From contig CDLV01000018.1 in assembly GCA_001244265.2 (NCBI GenBank), positions 248,001 to 312,000 on the forward strand: 64,000 nt of DNA, written 5' to 3'. Below, one piece after another: positions 61,561-64,000 of the stretch; the first letter of the stretch is position 1; each line of letters begins with the position of its first letter. Made by a program: the position numbers and the translations under genes. This stretch comes from Microbotryum violaceum (lineage: Eukaryota). Below the pieces are notes generated by a model, which was not told the DNA's origin, made no database searches, and worked only from the letters and a program-made list of their open reading frames with translations.

Positions 61561-61797
61561 GAGGGTTTGAGAGGAGGCTTAGTGGGATGGCGGGGCGGGC
61601 GAGGTTCACGAGTTATAGCCGATCGGTTATAAGCTAGGTGATCTGGGCTTGGATGAGTAGGAGGTCAAAGCGCACAGTGCGAAGCTCACGCCAAGAGCTG
61701 CCGTGAGTCAAGGCGCGCGTGACGGCGCGTGAGTTTGATCGTGGTCAAACACTTGTCTGATAACTCATCGCCGCGAAGGGCACCATCAAGCACAGAA

Positions 61798-62465
61798 ATG
61801 AAAATCACCGTCAATTCCTACCATGGGATCGCGCTGTGGCGCTGGAACCTGCAACCGCCAACCCAACGTGCTCGTGCCACCACCACCAACAGCAACCCGA
61901 CCTCACTCGACCCGTCCAGAGTCGCAGCTGCCCACTCCAACCCCGCCGATGACGAAGCAGAAGAAGAAGAAGACGAAAACGACGACGATGATGACGTGTG
62001 TGGTATCTGTCGAGTCGCCTACGATGGCTGTTGTCCCGATTGCAAGACACCGGGTGATGCTTGTCCTTTAGGTAGGTCGTCCCCCTGTCCTCGAAAGCAA
62101 CGCGCGGTTGGCCTAACTCGTGAAGACTGACCTGACCTCACGTTTCGATCGCGGTGCTCTGTATAGTCTGGGGAGAATGTACGCACGTGTTCCACATGCA
62201 CTGCCTGTTGAAATGGATCAATACCGAATCGAGTAAACAACAATGTCCGATGGATCGCAGACCGTGGGGTACGTACCGATCGCGCAACTGCTGCTTCACT
62301 TTTCAAGCCTAACCGCGCTGACTCTTGTGCTCGGCCTTCAACACAGTCACACTCGACGCTTCGAATCTCCCGACAACGACGAACGTCCCCGTACCTCCTG
62401 TCGGACTCGAAGCCGTGCAACAACCAACACCGCAGAGAGGGGCGGTCGTCCACGCTGGAGGATGA
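61798..62465 (+). CDS. APC11: Anaphase-promoting complex RING-H2 subunit 11
   Basis: MKITVNSYHGIALWRW...DDVCGICRVAYDGCCPDCKTPGDACPL|VWGECTHVFHMHCLLKWINTESSKQQCPMDRRPW. Two introns. Confidence 0.95.
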
Positions 62466-63106
62466 GTGATCAGTTGGAACTGGGGGGAGGAGGAGTCTTC
62501 GCCACGAGGACAAAGATCGTACAAGGCCTCAATAGCGACGAGGGCACCGGAGATTGCATCAACCTACAGCAAAGCCCGCATCGGCTCTAATCGCTCATTC
62601 CATATCGAGCACGACAGGCTCGAAGCGGTCAAGCTAGGCCAAGACAGGGCGACAGGCCCGCCCAGAGCGTCAACCAGTCAAGAAGAGGCGCTGTCAGAGG
62701 TGTACAGAACATTTTCATCGAGGAGCAGTCTGATCGTGCAAAGCTGCTAGTATAGATCACTCGTCTTGAAATCAAAGCTCCGCGCAGAGAGCACTCTTCC
62801 TCTTCGTAGCGTCGAAATTGTCGCAACTGATCAGCGAGTTCCCCAAACCTGACCACTGTTCATTAAGAGTCCCTGATCCTCGCCCAACACGACCGTCCAC
62901 CATCTCCAACAGCTCCATGACTGCGCATGTCGTCGCCTCAGCACAACACTCGCAACAGCCAAATTGATTGGTGGGAACAAAAAGGGGTTGTTCACCCCTG
63001 CAAGATTGCAAGATCTCCCAGACCATGATACCCCTCTAAAGCGATCCCCGTGACTGCCAAAGAGAAGGAAGAGACGTATCCCATTCCTCCTTCTTTCGTA
63101 CCACTT

Positions 63107-63173
63107 TCGAGCTTTGGTGTTGGGATTTTGAGTGTTGGGGTTTTGTTGACAAAACCCCAACACCAAAGCTCGA
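63107..63173. repeat. Nested near-perfect palindrome/hairpin
   Basis: GTGTTGGGGTTTTGT-TG-ACAAAACCCCAACAC forms the inner stem; TCGAGCTTTGGTGTTGGG can pair alternatively with CCCAACACCAAAGCTCGA. Confidence 0.9.
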
Positions 63174-63267
63174 GACTGCACTTTTTCCCATCCTCCTTCT
63201 TCTTCTCCCTGCTTTCCCAGAAAAATGCGAGTGTCGAGACAAATGAAAAAACGGTGTGGCGAGTGAT

Positions 63268-64000
63268 TTAGATGAAGCCGATCTGTAGAGGAGCGATAGG
63301 GTTGTGTCAGTAGGGACGTAAAGTTGGGGTCCTGAGTGAGGTGTAAGGTCTGACCTTGTTGGCAACGTCCAAAGCATCGACACCCTTCTCCAAGCGAACG
63401 AAAGCCTTCTTTCGGCCATCAGGGCTGTAAATGCAATACACCTATCAGCTTGCACTCGCAACCCATACAGAGATGAACGCGCACCGAATGAGGGTGTTGA
63501 TCTTCTCGGCCTTGACGTCGTACAGCTTCTTGACGGCGTCCGAGATCTGTCGCTTGTTGGCCTTGACGTCGACGATGAAGACCAATGTGTTGTTGTCCTC
63601 GATCTTCTTCATCGCGGACTCGGTGTTGAGGGGGTGCACGATCGTGCGGTAGGCGTCCATCCGGGGCACATGGTGCACCGACTTGCGCTGGTACTTGGGT
63701 GCACGGGGGAGAGCCAGGGTCTTGGGTCTGTTGCAGCGTGGTCGTGGTTGTGGTCGTGGTCGTTGGGAAATAGGAAGAAGTGGTTCAGGGGTCAGCGAGG
63801 CTGCTCAGCTGCTGGCTCCGCACGCCGCTTGCCCAGCCCGCCGTAGACTGACCGGTGGAAGGTGACCGAAGTGCGGATCTTGGCGACCTTTGTGCCCTTG
63901 GCACCTTTCAAAGCGGCCTTCTTGGCGGCCTGAAATGACGAAGAAAGTGCATCGTTAGTCATCTGTTATGGTACGGTGCGGGGGTAGGGTGCTGGTCCGT
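63268..64000 (-). CDS. RPL25: 60S ribosomal protein uL23 (L25/L23a); first exon lies beyond the window
   Basis: AAKKAALKG...[26 protein letters not shown]...[47 protein letters not shown]...[17 protein letters not shown]...[12 protein letters not shown]. Confidence 0.97.

Overview
Eukaryotic, intron-rich, GC-rich fungal DNA (GTGAGT/GTACGT/GTCAGT donors, CTGAC/CTAAC branch points). It looks basidiomycete, probably Pucciniomycotina/Microbotryum-like; the taxon is an inference. Most of the window is housekeeping genes: RhoGAP (partial), MINDY deubiquitinase, MutY, a DAL5-type MFS carrying a frameshift, GYP1-type TBC RabGAP, glutathione synthetase, a BRD8-like bromodomain protein, cysteinyl-tRNA synthetase, a two-cluster Zn2Cys6 factor, RICTOR/AVO3, three amino-acid transporters, an SDR, an Rpr2/Snm1-like protein, APC11 and RPL25 (partial). 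Four accessory islands interrupt them. (1) 1.8-7.1 kb: a MITE-like element followed by three tandem, divergent, multi-exon secreted-protein paralogs that the ORF track does not show. They share a DFC..R..C..HH..C..CxG scaffold and intron positions, and one carries a Pro-Gly-Thr repeat tail. This is the best candidate for an undescribed system. (2) 18.5-23.6 kb: a decayed Helitron/Helentron. (3) 33.7-37.2 kb: a 2.26-kb foldback element with about 850-bp arms plus a smaller inverted-repeat element. (4) About 44 kb: another small Cys-rich secreted-protein gene. Exon boundaries were read by eye, and no database search was run.
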